From Methanotrichaceae archaeon (GTDB lineage: Archaea; Halobacteriota; Methanosarcinia; Methanotrichales; Methanotrichaceae), in assembly GCA_963754945.1 (NCBI GenBank), contig CAVWIG010000028.1, positions 128,001 to 192,000 of the forward strand: a stretch of 64,000 nucleotides of DNA. The letters are read 5' to 3'. Each line of letters starts with the position of its first letter. Within the stretch, counting starts at the first letter, position 1. Positions 29,576 to 40,129 of this stretch are shown piece after piece. Both the position numbers and the translations under genes were made by a program. The notes beneath the pieces were generated by a model that did no database searches, was not told where the DNA came from, and saw only the letters and a list, made by a program, of their open reading frames with translations.

Positions 29576-31189
29576 ATGAAATTCGATCCAGCCCAGATCA
29601 GAGAGGCCGCCGAGCAGGACTTCGACAAAGCCTGGCGGCAGGGCGGTGCGTATCTCGGACATCCAAAGACCAACGATAGATACCCCAGGCGTAACTGTAA
29701 CTATGGCGTGCCCCACCCCATTTTTGACACAATTCAAAAACTGCGAGAGGCCTACCTGAGGCTGGGGTTTTCTGAAGCCATGAACCCGGTGATGGTCGAC
29801 GCTTTGGACGTCTATCGTCAGTTTGGGTCGGAAGCTTTGGCGGTCCTGGACAGATGCTTCTACCTGGCGGGTCTTCCCAGACCAGATATCGGCATATCGG
29901 ACGATAGAATTGCCCAGATCAACAGGATTCTCAATAGAGAGCTTTCTGTAGACGAAGTCGAGGCTGTCCGTCAGATCCTCCACGGCTACAAGAAGGGCAA
30001 GGTTGAGGGCGACGACCTGGTCGGTGAGATCGCCCACGCCGTAAATGCCAACGATGCCCTTGTCTCCACAATCCTGGAAGAGGTCTTTCCTGAGTTCAAA
30101 GAACTTAAAGCCGAGGCAACCACCAGGACGCTGCGAAGCCACATGACCTCAGGCTGGTTCTTGACGCTGTCCAATCTGCACTACCGCCAGAAAGCGCCGG
30201 TGCGGCTGTTCTCCATAGACAGATGTTTTCGCAGGGAACAGGCCGAGGATGCAGCCAGGCTCATGAGCTATCACTCAGCCAGTTGTGTGATAATGGACGA
30301 TGAAGTTTCTGTGGAGGATGGCAAGGCCATAGCCGATGGACTACTGAGCCAGTTCGGATTCCAGAAGTTCAGGTTCCAGCCGGACGATAAGAGGAGCAAG
30401 TACTACACCCCTGGAACTCAGATAGAGGTGTATGCCTTTCATCCCGCACTTGTCGGATCTGCAACTAAGTACGGAAGCGGCTGGGTGGAGGTGGCCACCT
30501 TCGGCGTATACTCGCCAACTGCTCTGGCGCAGTACGACATACCCTATCCGGTCATGAACCTTGGCCTGGGTGTCGAGCGAATAGCCATGATTCTGCACAA
30601 CTCCAAGGACCTCCGTGCCCTGTCTTACCCCCAGTTCCAGGCAGACTGGGAGCTGACACCCAGGGAGACGGCTCAGATGATCAGAGTGGATAAGTCACCA
30701 TCCACAGAAATCGGTCAGGCAATCTCTGAGGCCATCGTCCAGACTTGCATAGAGCACGGCGATACGCCGTCGCCTTGCGAGTTCCCCGCCTGGGAAGGCC
30801 AGCTTTACGGCAGAAACGTAAAAGTATCCGTGGTTGAGCCGGAGGAGAACACAAAGCTGTGCGGCCCTGCCTACCTGAACGAAGTAGTCGTCTACAAGCA
30901 GAATGTGATGGGCATTCCCAGGACCTCTCGCTGGGATGATGCCTTCGCGGAAGGAGTGACCACCGGCATAAGGTACATAGATGCCTTTGCCGAAGCGGCA
31001 GCCTCCGAAGTGGAGGTTGCCACGCTGAACGGCAAGGACTCTGAGACCAGGGTGAAGATAGTTCGGACGCCGGGAGAGATTAACCTGAGGATCGATCCGG
31101 CCCTTGATCGGTACATCACAAGCCACAAGCACAAGATGGATCTTCGTGGGCCGGTCTTCGTCACAGTCCGCAGCAAGATAGTTGAATAA
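29576..31189 (+). CDS. sepS: O-phosphoseryl-tRNA(Cys) synthetase
   Basis: QFGSEALAVLDRCFYLAGLPRP, LRSHMTSGWF, FSIDRCFRREQ, VMNLGLGVER. Confidence 0.97.
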   Translation: MKFDPAQIREAAEQDFDKAWRQGGAYLGHPKTNDRYPRRNCNYGVPHPIFDTIQKLREAYLRLGFSEAMNPVMVDALDVYRQFGSEALAVLDRCFYLAGLPRPDIGISDDRIAQINRILNRELSVDEVEAVRQILHGYKKGKVEGDDLVGEIAHAVNANDALVSTILEEVFPEFKELKAEATTRTLRSHMTSGWFLTLSNLHYRQKAPVRLFSIDRCFRREQAEDAARLMSYHSASCVIMDDEVSVEDGKAIADGLLSQFGFQKFRFQPDDKRSKYYTPGTQIEVYAFHPALVGSATKYGSGWVEVATFGVYSPTALAQYDIPYPVMNLGLGVERIAMILHNSKDLRALSYPQFQADWELTPRETAQMIRVDKSPSTEIGQAISEAIVQTCIEHGDTPSPCEFPAWEGQLYGRNVKVSVVEPEENTKLCGPAYLNEVVVYKQNVMGIPRTSRWDDAFAEGVTTGIRYIDAFAEAAASEVEVATLNGKDSETRVKIVRTPGEINLRIDPALDRYITSHKHKMDLRGPVFVTVRSKIVE

Positions 31190-31214
31190 ATAGAGTAATC
31201 GTGGGGGCTCACAA

Positions 31215-31907
31215 GTGAAGGTAGCGTCTTCTAACCTTGAGGACAAGAAGGCGGCGGGCGAGTCAGCAGCCCGTCTGATCAAAGACGGCATGGTGGTGGG
31301 CCTGGGCACAGGATCGACAGTGGCCTGGACGATTCGCAAGGTCGGAGAGATGGTCGAAGCAGGGCTCGATATCCTGGGAGTGCCTACGTCTTATCAGGCC
31401 GAAGCCCTGGCCATTGAGTCGGGCATAAGGCTCACTACCCTGAGCCAGCACCCGGTTCTTGACCTGGCCATCGATGGAGCCGACCAGGTCGATGCCGATC
31501 TCTTTGCCATAAAGGGTGGTGGAGCGGCCCACACCCGCGAGAAGGTGGTCGCCTGCTCAGCCCAGCGGTTCGTGATAGTGGCCGATGAGAGCAAGTACGT
31601 GGAAAAGCTGAGCCACCCGGTGCCTGTGGAGGTGTTGCCATTTGCAGCCAAGCTTGTGGAGCGGCGGCTGAAGGAGCTGGGCGGCGTGCCGGTGTTGCGC
31701 CTGGGCAAGATGAAGGACGGGCCGGTGATCACGGATAACGGGAACTTCGTGATGGATGTGGACTTTGGGGCAATCGTTGATCCTGCGGGGCTGGCGGCGA
31801 GGCTGTGCCCGGTTCCCGGATTGGTGGAGCACGGGATATTCGACAATCTGGACGAGCTGTACATTGCGAAAAAGGGCGAGGTAGAGGTCATAAGGAGAAA
31901 GGAATGA
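31215..31907 (+). CDS. rpiA: Ribose-5-phosphate isomerase A
   Basis: [35 protein letters not shown]. Confidence 0.97.
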   Translation: MKVASSNLEDKKAAGESAARLIKDGMVVGLGTGSTVAWTIRKVGEMVEAGLDILGVPTSYQAEALAIESGIRLTTLSQHPVLDLAIDGADQVDADLFAIKGGGAAHTREKVVACSAQRFVIVADESKYVEKLSHPVPVEVLPFAAKLVERRLKELGGVPVLRLGKMKDGPVITDNGNFVMDVDFGAIVDPAGLAARLCPVPGLVEHGIFDNLDELYIAKKGEVEVIRRKE

Positions 31908-32031
31908 GGCGACGGTTCTTTTGGCCGATTCATCTTTTGCCTCTTAACGGAATCTTGCGGAAAAGCAGGCACAACTCTCATCAAAGTTCTCTCTGAAAGC
32001 GCTGACTAGCTCATCCATGCACATGTGCAGG

Positions 32032-32487
32032 TTATGTCCATCGATCTAAGTTTCGCTCATCCTGTTTCCTGGTTCTTACCAAATCAATCACCGTATCCTC
32101 AATCAGATCGTTCTCAACTTCTTGTTCCATCAATTTATCCGCGACGACGCTCAGCAGCTTTCCTGGCAGTACTGGCTTTTGCAGATATCCGTCTGCACCC
32201 CAATTGAGAGATTTGATTGCATTTTCCAGTGTGGCATAACCTGTAACTATGATTTTCTTTGTATCCGGATTGATTTGGTGAAACTGTTTTAAGAGTTCAG
32301 TGCCTTCCAAATCCGGAAGCTTGATATCGATTAATGCCAGGTTATAGTAGTTGGCTTGATACTTCTCTATGGCTTCCTGGCCACTTTCGGCGGTGCTTAC
32401 TCTGTACCCTTTGAGTCCCAGAATGGCCGAAAAGCTCTTGAGAATTCCTTTATCATCGTCTACTACTAATATAAATTTCTTGTTCAT
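32032..32487 (-). CDS. Response regulator receiver protein
   Basis: ILVVDDD, LIDIKLPD, TGY, GADGYLQKP. Confidence 0.93.
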   Translation of the reverse strand: MNKKFILVVDDDKGILKSFSAILGLKGYRVSTAESGQEAIEKYQANYYNLALIDIKLPDLEGTELLKQFHQINPDTKKIIVTGYATLENAIKSLNWGADGYLQKPVLPGKLLSVVADKLMEQEVENDLIEDTVIDLVRTRKQDERNLDRWT

Positions 32488-34934
32488 GTTTTCTTATCCT
32501 GTGGTATCTCGATTGTCACTTCAGTTCCTGCGTTCACCTTGCTGGCAACAACAATATTACCCCGGTGGGCCTCCACCAAACGTTTGCAGATCGTAAGCCC
32601 TAAACCAATTCCTTTGGGCTTGGTGGTGAATAGAGGCAAAAATAGTTTTGGGATGTTCTCATTAGGTATGCCCGCACCTTCATCGCTGATGGTCAAGAGG
32701 ACAGATCCTTCTTTGCAGATGGCAGTTATCGTTATTTGCCCTCCCTTTGGCATGGACTGGATCGAGTTGTTGACCAGGTTTACGATCACACGTTTGATTT
32801 TTTCGGGGTCGATGGTGATCTCTGGTAATCCATCCTCTACCTCAGTGGAGACTTCAACACCCCCCGGAATTTCTAAAAAAGATATCGCATTGCGGATCAA
32901 CTGGTGAATATCCGTTTCTACTAATTCGAGATTAAGCGGTCCTGCATAATTCTGGAGATCGGATATTATCTGGTTCATATAGCTGCAGCTCTTTTCGATA
33001 TCGTCAAGGATCTCTGTAACGCTGAGCTGACCTTCTACCTGTGGAGTTTCCGCCGAAGTCAACATCTCCTTGGCCAAATATACCATAGATATTACAACTT
33101 GAAGTGGGTTTCTAAGGTCATGTCCGACCATAGTGGCAATCTCACCTAGGGTTGCCAAACGGGTAGCCTGTTGGAGTTGTTTAGTACGCTCTTCGACCAG
33201 ATCCTTGAGGTTTTCAGAATATCGTTTTAGCGCCTCTTCATCACGTTTTCTACCTGTGATGTCCCTTGATATTCCCATAATACCCGTCACATTGTTCTTT
33301 TCAAGAAGTGGGACAAGATAGGATTCGTAAACTCTCGTTATGCCGTGGTCCCCCACGGCTGTGTGCTCAAACTTGCGTATTTTCCCAGTCTTTTGGCACT
33401 CGACGATTTCCTTTTTAAGTATCTCTCCGGACTGTGTTGAAAGATATTTGTATACACTGCACCCAATGACCTCTCTTTCCGTGAATCCCTCTGCACAGTG
33501 ATTCAGGAACAAGACTCTACCCTCCCGGTCGAGCAATGTGATATAGTCAGGCAAGACACTTACAAGAGAACGCCATTTCTCTTCGCTCTCCCGCAGTGCC
33601 TCTTCTGCCTGTTTGCGGGAAGTGATGTCGGTGAGAAAATTCAACGTGGCTGGGTTGCCTTGCCATTCAATCAAAACCGCGTTGATTTCCACCCATTTGA
33701 CAATGCCTTCACTGGTAACCACCCTGAAGGCATACCGAGGCGGTGATGCCTCGTTTGCCATCCGTCGCCGATAATTTTCAACCACCATTCTCCGATCATC
33801 CGGGTGGATGAATTCGGGAAAAGGTCTGTTAATGAGTTCCCGCTCCGAAAACCCTCCCCACATACCAAATGCTGCGGGATTGATAAACTTGAGAAGGCCA
33901 TCTTGCACGACAATGATTGGTTCGTTAGCGTTGTCTATCAGCAATTGGCACTTTTTCTCGCTCTTCAGCAACGCCTTCTCGGTTCTCTTGTATTCGGTCA
34001 GGTCCCTCGAGTAAACGGCAACACCAGTGATTTCCCCATGCGAATCTCGAATCGGGTTATGCGATATCTCGAAATAACTCTTCGATAGAGCTTTATCTCC
34101 GGCATACGCCTCCAGAGTTACCGATTCGCCACAAAGCGCCCGGTCGATGTTCATCTTGGCGCTAATATGGTTATCGATGTTAGTATGGTATTCAAGAATG
34201 CTGTGCCCGATCTCGATATCAGCTCCAAATAGCGTCTTCATCACCGCTGCATGCCTTGAGTTGAAGCTCGTGTAGTGGTAGTTGCGGTCTACCGAGAAGA
34301 TTGATACATTCGAGTTTTCGAGTACTGCTTTCAGCACTGCGCTCTGAAGTTCCAGTTTTTCCTCAATCTGCTTGCGCTTGGTTATGTCTATGACAGCAAC
34401 CCGGCACAATCTATCTTTCTGCGAACCATCCTCTGAGACTGTGCCCTCGATGCGGACATAAACAGTAGGCTCACAATCTTTTGGGAGATTCAGTTCGCAT
34501 GTTTGCTTGGTTAAGGTCTCAAACGCAGATTTACAAAAATCATCAAAAATGGGACGGTCTTTGGGCGCGACGAACAGCCGAATACGTCTATTCATCAGGT
34601 TGCGCCTCTCAATGCCGAGCAGCGCGGCTCCAGCCAGGTTGACCTCTTGGATCAATCCCTGCAGATCGATAGCGAAAAGCCCGATGGGCGCAAAGTCGTA
34701 GAGATCGAAGTACTTCGTCAAAGCATTTTCCATCTCCAGCCTGGCGCGCTTCAGCTCTTCGTTTTGCATCTCCAATTCAATCTGATGAACCTGCAGTTCG
34801 TGAACCAGAGCCATTGCGTCTACACCGTCCGCTATCTTGGAACCGACTGGACCGCTTTGGCTGGCCTTCAAACGCTCCTCCGCATGGCGACGCTGGTTAC
34901 CGTTCTGGTTCGGTTCGGCTTTCTCCTTCTTCAT
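32484..34934 (-). CDS. Multi-PAS sensor histidine kinase
   Basis: [17 protein letters not shown] coiled coil, about 4 PAS domains ending D(I/L)T.RK, H-box HDLRNPL, N/G boxes, FTTK..G.GLGL. Confidence 0.95.
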   Translation of the reverse strand: MKKEKAEPNQNGNQRRHAEERLKASQSGPVGSKIADGVDAMALVHELQVHQIELEMQNEELKRARLEMENALTKYFDLYDFAPIGLFAIDLQGLIQEVNLAGAALLGIERRNLMNRRIRLFVAPKDRPIFDDFCKSAFETLTKQTCELNLPKDCEPTVYVRIEGTVSEDGSQKDRLCRVAVIDITKRKQIEEKLELQSAVLKAVLENSNVSIFSVDRNYHYTSFNSRHAAVMKTLFGADIEIGHSILEYHTNIDNHISAKMNIDRALCGESVTLEAYAGDKALSKSYFEISHNPIRDSHGEITGVAVYSRDLTEYKRTEKALLKSEKKCQLLIDNANEPIIVVQDGLLKFINPAAFGMWGGFSERELINRPFPEFIHPDDRRMVVENYRRRMANEASPPRYAFRVVTSEGIVKWVEINAVLIEWQGNPATLNFLTDITSRKQAEEALRESEEKWRSLVSVLPDYITLLDREGRVLFLNHCAEGFTEREVIGCSVYKYLSTQSGEILKKEIVECQKTGKIRKFEHTAVGDHGITRVYESYLVPLLEKNNVTGIMGISRDITGRKRDEEALKRYSENLKDLVEERTKQLQQATRLATLGEIATMVGHDLRNPLQVVISMVYLAKEMLTSAETPQVEGQLSVTEILDDIEKSCSYMNQIISDLQNYAGPLNLELVETDIHQLIRNAISFLEIPGGVEVSTEVEDGLPEITIDPEKIKRVIVNLVNNSIQSMPKGGQITITAICKEGSVLLTISDEGAGIPNENIPKLFLPLFTTKPKGIGLGLTICKRLVEAHRGNIVVASKVNAGTEVTIEIPQDKKT

Positions 34935-34989
34935 AATCCTCTTGCGATCTTCAGGACTGCTAATTGCGATACGCGATGAACTTCTATGG

Positions 34990-35217
34990 CTAAGGAGATC
35001 ATGTGCTTGCAGATTGTACGATTGCAGCTCCGTGATCCTGACTGAAGCTGCGGCCCAGGTTCCATCGCTACAAGGATATCCAGATCGCTTTTCGGCCCGG
35101 CCTCTCCTCTGGCGACGGAGCCGAAGACCCGAAGGTTATTGGGCACCGTGCTTGGCGGCGATTGCCAGAATCTCCTGGGCGCTTGGATTCCAGCAATTCC
35201 TCAATTTTCATGGGCAT
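34990..35217 (-). pseudogene. Minimal nucleotidyltransferase (MNT) remnant
   Basis: [11 protein letters not shown] / [22 protein letters not shown] in different frames; degenerate copy of 36146-36442. Confidence 0.8.
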
Positions 35218-35289
35218 ATCCTGTTGGACTTTATAGTATAATAAACGCATGAAAATTTAAAAGTATTCGTTTCCAGTCGGGCGGGAAAA

Positions 35290-35460
35290 TACTTTGATCA
35301 GACCATCGAGGGCTTGGAGGCGCGGGCTGCGAGGTTTGTCCGATTCCGAGTGTTGCGTACCAGGGATATTCGACAACCTGGACGAAACTGCATCTGGCCA
35401 GGGTGGAGATATCACGTGGAGGGAATGATAAGAAGGTCCTTTTTCCTTCATTCATCTTTG
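35290..35460 (+). repeat. Degenerate copy of the rpiA 3' end and downstream flank
   Basis: GGGATATTCGACAACCTGGACGAA at 35363 versus rpiA GGGATATTCGACAATCTGGACGAG at 31833. Confidence 0.75.
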
Positions 35461-35518
35461 CTACTCAAATCCCCGAATCTTGCGGAAATTAAAATATGCT
35501 GCAAGCGAATTTAGAACA

Positions 35519-35830
35519 ATGGCCGCTCATCCGTCAACCATAGAATTCTATGAAAGGCGTCCTCTGCAGGAATTTGCCGTAGGTGTCAGGAAATTCGTTC
35601 CCCTTAGGGTCACCAATCTGCAGGTAGACTACGATGACGGCCTCTGGATTGTAAGTTTGCCTCCCCTGGACGCAACCGGAAGCTCTCCGGATTTTCAGGA
35701 AGCAAAAAGATTGTTATTTGAGTATATAGACTTCTTATGGAATGAGTATGTCCTTTGCCTGGAAGAAGAGCTGGGCGAGACCGGGAAGATGCTAAGGGAT
35801 TTGCTCTTGGAATTGTTTTCGGTGAGCTGA
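35519..35830 (+). CDS. HicB-like antitoxin candidate
   Basis: DDGLWIVSLPPLDATGSSPDFQEAK partial RNase-H-like motif; TGATG coupling to a HicA-like gene. Confidence 0.55.
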   Translation: MAAHPSTIEFYERRPLQEFAVGVRKFVPLRVTNLQVDYDDGLWIVSLPPLDATGSSPDFQEAKRLLFEYIDFLWNEYVLCLEEELGETGKMLRDLLLELFSVS

Positions 35831-36136
35831 TGGTTTCGGCGCTGAAGCCAGGATGAGATTGAGGCAGGGCTTGCGAGAAAGGGCTTTTGCCGCAGTCACA
35901 CTGATCACAGATATTTTATCCTTTATGTCAACGAAAAGAAAGAGGCCGCCACTTTTCTAAGCCACGGGAAGAACCAGGATATCGGCGCACCCTTGCTCAA
36001 TGCCATGGCCAAGGAGCTTGGCCTCACTACCAGGGACTTTGTTGATCTTGTGAAGTGTACTTTGAGCACTAAGGAATTTTTGGCATCGAAAAAGGAGAGG
36101 CTGGCCAGTGGTCTGCGGATATTGAGACGGGGTTGA
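35830..36136 (+). pseudogene. HicA-like toxin with a frameshift near the start
   Basis: MVSALK / QDEIEAGLARKGFCRSHTDHRYFILY..TFLSHG..DIGAPLLNAMAKELGL...DLVKC; one extra base near 35848; not in the ORF track. Confidence 0.65.
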
Positions 36137-36145
36137 ACCGATAAT

Positions 36146-36442
36146 TCACAATGGAGTTGCCTCGGCAAGCACTCGGTCCCGGATGTACCAATGCAGTGCC
36201 CTTTCGCTGACCACATCCACCTTTCGTTGCAGAAGGTCTTCAAGATCCTGCTTAAGGGCCACATGATCCATCAAGCTGCGCCCAGGTTCCATCTCTACAA
36301 GGATGTCCAGGTCGCTTTCGGGCCGGGCCTCTCCTCTGGCCACGGAGCCGAAGACCCGAAGGTTACGGGCACCATGCTTGGCGGCTATGGCCAGAATCTC
36401 CTGGCGCTTGGATTTGAGGTGTTCTTCGATTTTCATGGGCAT
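36146..36442 (-). CDS. Minimal nucleotidyltransferase (MntA-like antitoxin), no HEPN partner adjacent
   Basis: [33 protein letters not shown]. Confidence 0.9.
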   Translation of the reverse strand: MPMKIEEHLKSKRQEILAIAAKHGARNLRVFGSVARGEARPESDLDILVEMEPGRSLMDHVALKQDLEDLLQRKVDVVSERALHWYIRDRVLAEATPL

Positions 36443-36514
36443 GTTCTGCTGGACTCTACAGTATAATAAAACGCATGGAAATTTAAAGTGTTCGTTTCCG
36501 GCTGGGCAGGAATA

Positions 36515-36690
36515 CATTGGTCCGACCATCGAGAACTCGGAAGAGCTGGCGGCGAGGCTTTATGGGATTCCTGGTCCAGTGGAGCACGGATATTCGACAA
36601 TTGGATGAGCTGCATCTGGCAAGGGCGGGCGGGGTAGAGATAATCAGGATGAGTTATGAAAGAAGGTCCTTTCTTGGCTTCATTAGTCTG
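36515..36690 (+). repeat. Second degenerate copy of the rpiA 3' end
   Basis: CTGGCGGCGAGGCT..GTGGAGCACGGATATTCGACAATTGGATGAGCTG; translates ELAARLYGIPGPVEHG / LDELHLARAGGVEIIR versus Rpi[36 protein letters not shown]. Confidence 0.85.
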
Positions 36691-36736
36691 TTGCAAAATG
36701 TTTATACTAGGAAATCATACGGCTTGTTAGTGCTCT

Positions 36737-37936
36737 ATGGCAAACGAGGAACATATTGAGATTCTGCGGCAAGGAGTAGCCTCTTGGAATATTTGGAGAA
36801 AGGATAACTCTGATGAGCCCATAGATCTCAGCGGAGTGAACCTCCGTGGGGCTAATCTCTGTAACGCTAATCTTAACAGTGCGAATCTTGCAGATGTAAA
36901 TTTAGAGGGTGCGAAACTTAGAGAAGCCGACCTTGTAGATGCCGACCTTAGCGTAGCAAATCTCTTTGAGGCGGACTTAATGTGGGCGAAACTCAGCCAC
37001 GCGAATTTTATCCACGCAGACCTTCGTGACGCGCATTTACCATTTGCAGATCTTAGTCAAGCATATCTCTATGAGGCTGACCTCGTGAGAGTGGATTTTC
37101 TTAGGGCGAATCTCAGTCAAGCTTGCCTCCATGGGGCAATCCTTGAAGGAGCTGATCTCTTTGGTTCTAATCTTTATAGAGCAGATCTTACTGAGGCAAA
37201 CCTTTTTCAAGCTAATCTCAGTGAAGCGAATCTTAGTGAAGCAGATCTTTCTGGATCGAATCTTATCAATGCGATCTTGGTTGATGCAACCCTTGATAGA
37301 GCGAATCTGACTAATTGCAATGTACATGGGGTCTCTGCTTGGGGATTAAAACTCAACGGCACGACTCAAAAAAATCTTCGCATAACCCCGGTTGTTGGCT
37401 TTCCTGCCATTACTGTAGATAACCTTGAAGTTGCACAGTTTATTTATCTCCTTCTTTATAATGAGAAGATCCGCGATGTAATTGATACTGTAGCAAAGAA
37501 AGTTGTGCTCGTTCTTGGCAGCTTCTTACCAGAGCAGAGGGTGGTATTGGATGCTATCAAGGAAAGACTTAGGAAGCTCGATTATTTGCCAGTGGTGTTC
37601 GATTTTCCGAACTCAGAAAGCAGAGATCTCATAGAAACCGTTTCCCTGTTAGCTCATATGTCTCGATTTATCATAGCTGATCTCACTAACGCTCATAATA
37701 TTATCGCCGAATTAATCTGCATTAGTGAACGGCTACCCTCTGTGCCTATACAGCCTTTGCTTTTTAGTTCACAGAATGAGTATGCAACGTTCGAGCATAT
37801 CCGGGTATACCATTCTGTTTTGAGGCCATACCACTATGAAACCTTGGAGGAGTTGCTCGCCGCTTTCGATGAGAAAATCATAGCCCCTGCCGAATCGAAG
37901 GTAGATGAACTTTGGAAAGAGCGACTGAGTCAATAA
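36737..37936 (+). CDS. Pentapeptide-repeat protein with a C-terminal alpha/beta domain
   Basis: Long A(D/N)Lxx repeat tract; C-terminal VVLVLGSF...SRFIIADLT...IAEL. Confidence 0.88.
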   Translation: MANEEHIEILRQGVASWNIWRKDNSDEPIDLSGVNLRGANLCNANLNSANLADVNLEGAKLREADLVDADLSVANLFEADLMWAKLSHANFIHADLRDAHLPFADLSQAYLYEADLVRVDFLRANLSQACLHGAILEGADLFGSNLYRADLTEANLFQANLSEANLSEADLSGSNLINAILVDATLDRANLTNCNVHGVSAWGLKLNGTTQKNLRITPVVGFPAITVDNLEVAQFIYLLLYNEKIRDVIDTVAKKVVLVLGSFLPEQRVVLDAIKERLRKLDYLPVVFDFPNSESRDLIETVSLLAHMSRFIIADLTNAHNIIAELICISERLPSVPIQPLLFSSQNEYATFEHIRVYHSVLRPYHYETLEELLAAFDEKIIAPAESKVDELWKERLSQ

Positions 37937-37979
37937 TTGTTTTCTTGAAGTTCATATTCGAAGATATGAGCCCTTGGCC

Positions 37980-38070
37980 CATTTCCTGCCGGGATAAGAA
38001 CCTGTGAAACCAAACTCGCCAATCGCTTGATGAGTTCCTGCCGGGAGATGGGTAGGAGCTTAGTCGACAA
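37980..38070 (-). pseudogene. HicA toxin N-terminal remnant
   Basis: KLLPISRQELIKRLASL / GFTGSYPGRK, overlapping the hicB stop; truncated. Confidence 0.6.
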
Positions 38071-38329
38071 CAGCAATTGGCTCCTTTGAGGATTCTATGG
38101 TATGGCCAGCGATGGGTGGAATCGGATATCCCCACTGTATCCGGGCAACAATCCATTCCTCAATGACTTCAATGAGATCCTTGCGGCACTCTTCAAAAGA
38201 GTCGCCAACCGCTATGACTCCCTGAAGTCCCGGAACTGTGGCCACATAAGAGCCGTCTTCTAGAGTGTCATATTTAGCTCTCTCTAAGGCAGCTTGAATG
38301 TACTCGGAGAACATATCGATATCAATCAT
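38060..38329 (-). CDS. HicB-family antitoxin
   Basis: EDGSYVATVPGLQGVIAVGDSFEECRKDLIEVIEEWI...IP. Confidence 0.88.
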   Translation of the reverse strand: MIDIDMFSEYIQAALERAKYDTLEDGSYVATVPGLQGVIAVGDSFEECRKDLIEVIEEWIVARIQWGYPIPPIAGHTIESSKEPIAVVD

Positions 38330-38641
38330 GCATTATTGGGATTTAATCCTTGCCGGAGCGGATGGCCTTTACCTCACACTGCTGCAAGAGTAGAGGATTT
38401 TCCCAGCCCACAAACGAATTATGCCAATCGCCCCCAGCTGCGATCAACGATCCCACCGCTGGCAATCCCCAGCTCTGCGGAAATCCGATGGACCAGGCCA
38501 GTCAGCTCGCTTTCGGGCGACGAGCCCACGCGCTAGGCTCGGATGCTGGGTATCGGCTGGCAGTTTAACTGCAGGCAATCGCTACTTAGCGCCTCGGGCT
38601 AAATATATAAACTCGTGATGTAAATAGATCTTGGTGACAGG

Positions 38642-38818
38642 ATGATCGTAAAGGCCAGATACGAAAACAATGTTCTGAAGCCTCTTGATAAGCTGAACCT
38701 GAGGGAAGGCGAAGAGGTGGACATCGAATTAAAGGAAAAGAGCCTCTTCGGTCTACTGAAAGGATGGAAGATCGACTCTCAATCCCTAAAGGATGAGTTG
38801 AGAGAGATCAATGGCTAG
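38642..38818 (+). CDS. AF2212/DUF104-type VapB antitoxin (58 aa)
   Basis: MIVKARYENNVLKPLDKLNLREGEEV; overlaps the vapC start; below the ORF-track cutoff. Confidence 0.85.
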   Translation: MIVKARYENNVLKPLDKLNLREGEEVDIELKEKSLFGLLKGWKIDSQSLKDELREING

Positions 38819-39188
38819 ATTTTTTGGGGATACTTACGCGCTTATCGAGCTTCTCAAGGGAAACCCTAACTACGAGGGCTATTCACGAGTAGGTCTGGTC
38901 ACTACCGAATTCAACATTCTTGAGCTGACGTATGCCTTGTTTAGGGATTTCGGACGCAATGAGGCCGCAAATGTTATCGACTTTATAAGATTCAAGATCG
39001 AGGTTGTGCCTGCGGAGGACTCGGATTACCTGAATGCTTCCGAGTTCAGGCTATCCACAAATCGGACCGGAAAGAAGCTCTCCCTCGTGGACGCCCTTGG
39101 GTACTCGTATTCGAGAAAGCTCGGAATAAAATTTCTAACCGGAGACAAAGAGTTCAGCGGGATGGAAAACGTAGAGTACGTCAAGTAG
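38811..39188 (+). CDS. vapC: VapC PIN-domain toxin
   Basis: DTYALIE, E, LSLVDALGY, LTGDKEF acidic PIN motifs. Confidence 0.88.
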   Translation: MARFFGDTYALIELLKGNPNYEGYSRVGLVTTEFNILELTYALFRDFGRNEAANVIDFIRFKIEVVPAEDSDYLNASEFRLSTNRTGKKLSLVDALGYSYSRKLGIKFLTGDKEFSGMENVEYVK

Positions 39189-39209
39189 GGAACCAGAGGA
39201 GTTCTCAGT

Positions 39210-40013
39210 ATGTCGCTTTTCGCTCAACGACTGAATGCCAACTCATCGGATCGGGGTACCATAGTATTTTTGCATGGCGGTGGAATAAGCGGCTGGTCAT
39301 GGCGTCCGGTGGCCGAGCTTTTGACAGAATTTGAAAGCCTGATTGTCGATTTGCCCGGACACGGGCAAAGTATTGGAATCGGGCCATTTACTATGAAACT
39401 GGCTGCCAATGAGGTTTCAAAAATCATTAATGAGCGAACTTCTGGAGGCGCGCATGTCGTCGGGCTTTCGCTTGGCGCGCAGGTGATAATCCAATTGCTG
39501 GCCACGAATCCGGAAATCATCAAGAGCGCTTTTGTGAGCGGCTGTTCCGTTCGGCCGATTCCGATAGTCGGCAATTATCATTTCTTGAGAGCGTTATTCA
39601 GCGCCTATGCGCCATTCCGGAACATGCGCTGGCTGGTCCGAATGAACGCCCGCGCCATGGGAGTTCCAGAAGCGTATGAAAACGATTTTGCGAAAGATAC
39701 TTGGTTGATGGTTCCGGCGAGCCTTGCCCGCATAGTTGCCGAAAGTCAATCCTTCATAATTCCGAAGGAGTGGGAAGGAGTTGCAACGCGCACGTTCGTC
39801 GCCTTTGGTGAAAAAGAATTGGATTCGGTCAAAAAATCAGCAACCGACCTGGCCCAGGCGCTGCCGAATTCAACCGCTTACAAGGTTATCGGTAGAAACC
39901 ATGCTTGGCCAATCCAATATCCGCAACTCTGCGCCGATGCCATTCGCGCATTCTTGAGCGGTGGCGTTATCCCGGAACAATTTGTCGGTATGACGCGGAT
40001 TAGCAGTACATAA
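39210..40013 (+). CDS. Alpha/beta hydrolase
   Basis: FLHGGG, DLPGHGQS, GLSLG nucleophile elbow, late His. Confidence 0.9.
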   Translation: MSLFAQRLNANSSDRGTIVFLHGGGISGWSWRPVAELLTEFESLIVDLPGHGQSIGIGPFTMKLAANEVSKIINERTSGGAHVVGLSLGAQVIIQLLATNPEIIKSAFVSGCSVRPIPIVGNYHFLRALFSAYAPFRNMRWLVRMNARAMGVPEAYENDFAKDTWLMVPASLARIVAESQSFIIPKEWEGVATRTFVAFGEKELDSVKKSATDLAQALPNSTAYKVIGRNHAWPIQYPQLCADAIRAFLSGGVIPEQFVGMTRISST

Positions 40014-40129
40014 CCCTTTACGTGGCGAAGAAGGAGTTGCCGCATGTTTGAATGCGCATCATGAGATGATTGAAGCAAAAATAATAATAGCAGCATGCGA
40101 AATCAGTCTAGGGTGATTTGACCTTGAGC

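Noticed and set aside
29576-31189. SepRS indirect Cys-tRNA pathway as a novelty
   Set aside because: Well-established methanogen pathway
36830-37330. CRISPR-like or tandem DNA repeat
   Set aside because: The periodicity is explained by pentapeptide coding repeats; no repeat-spacer array was seen anywhere in the window
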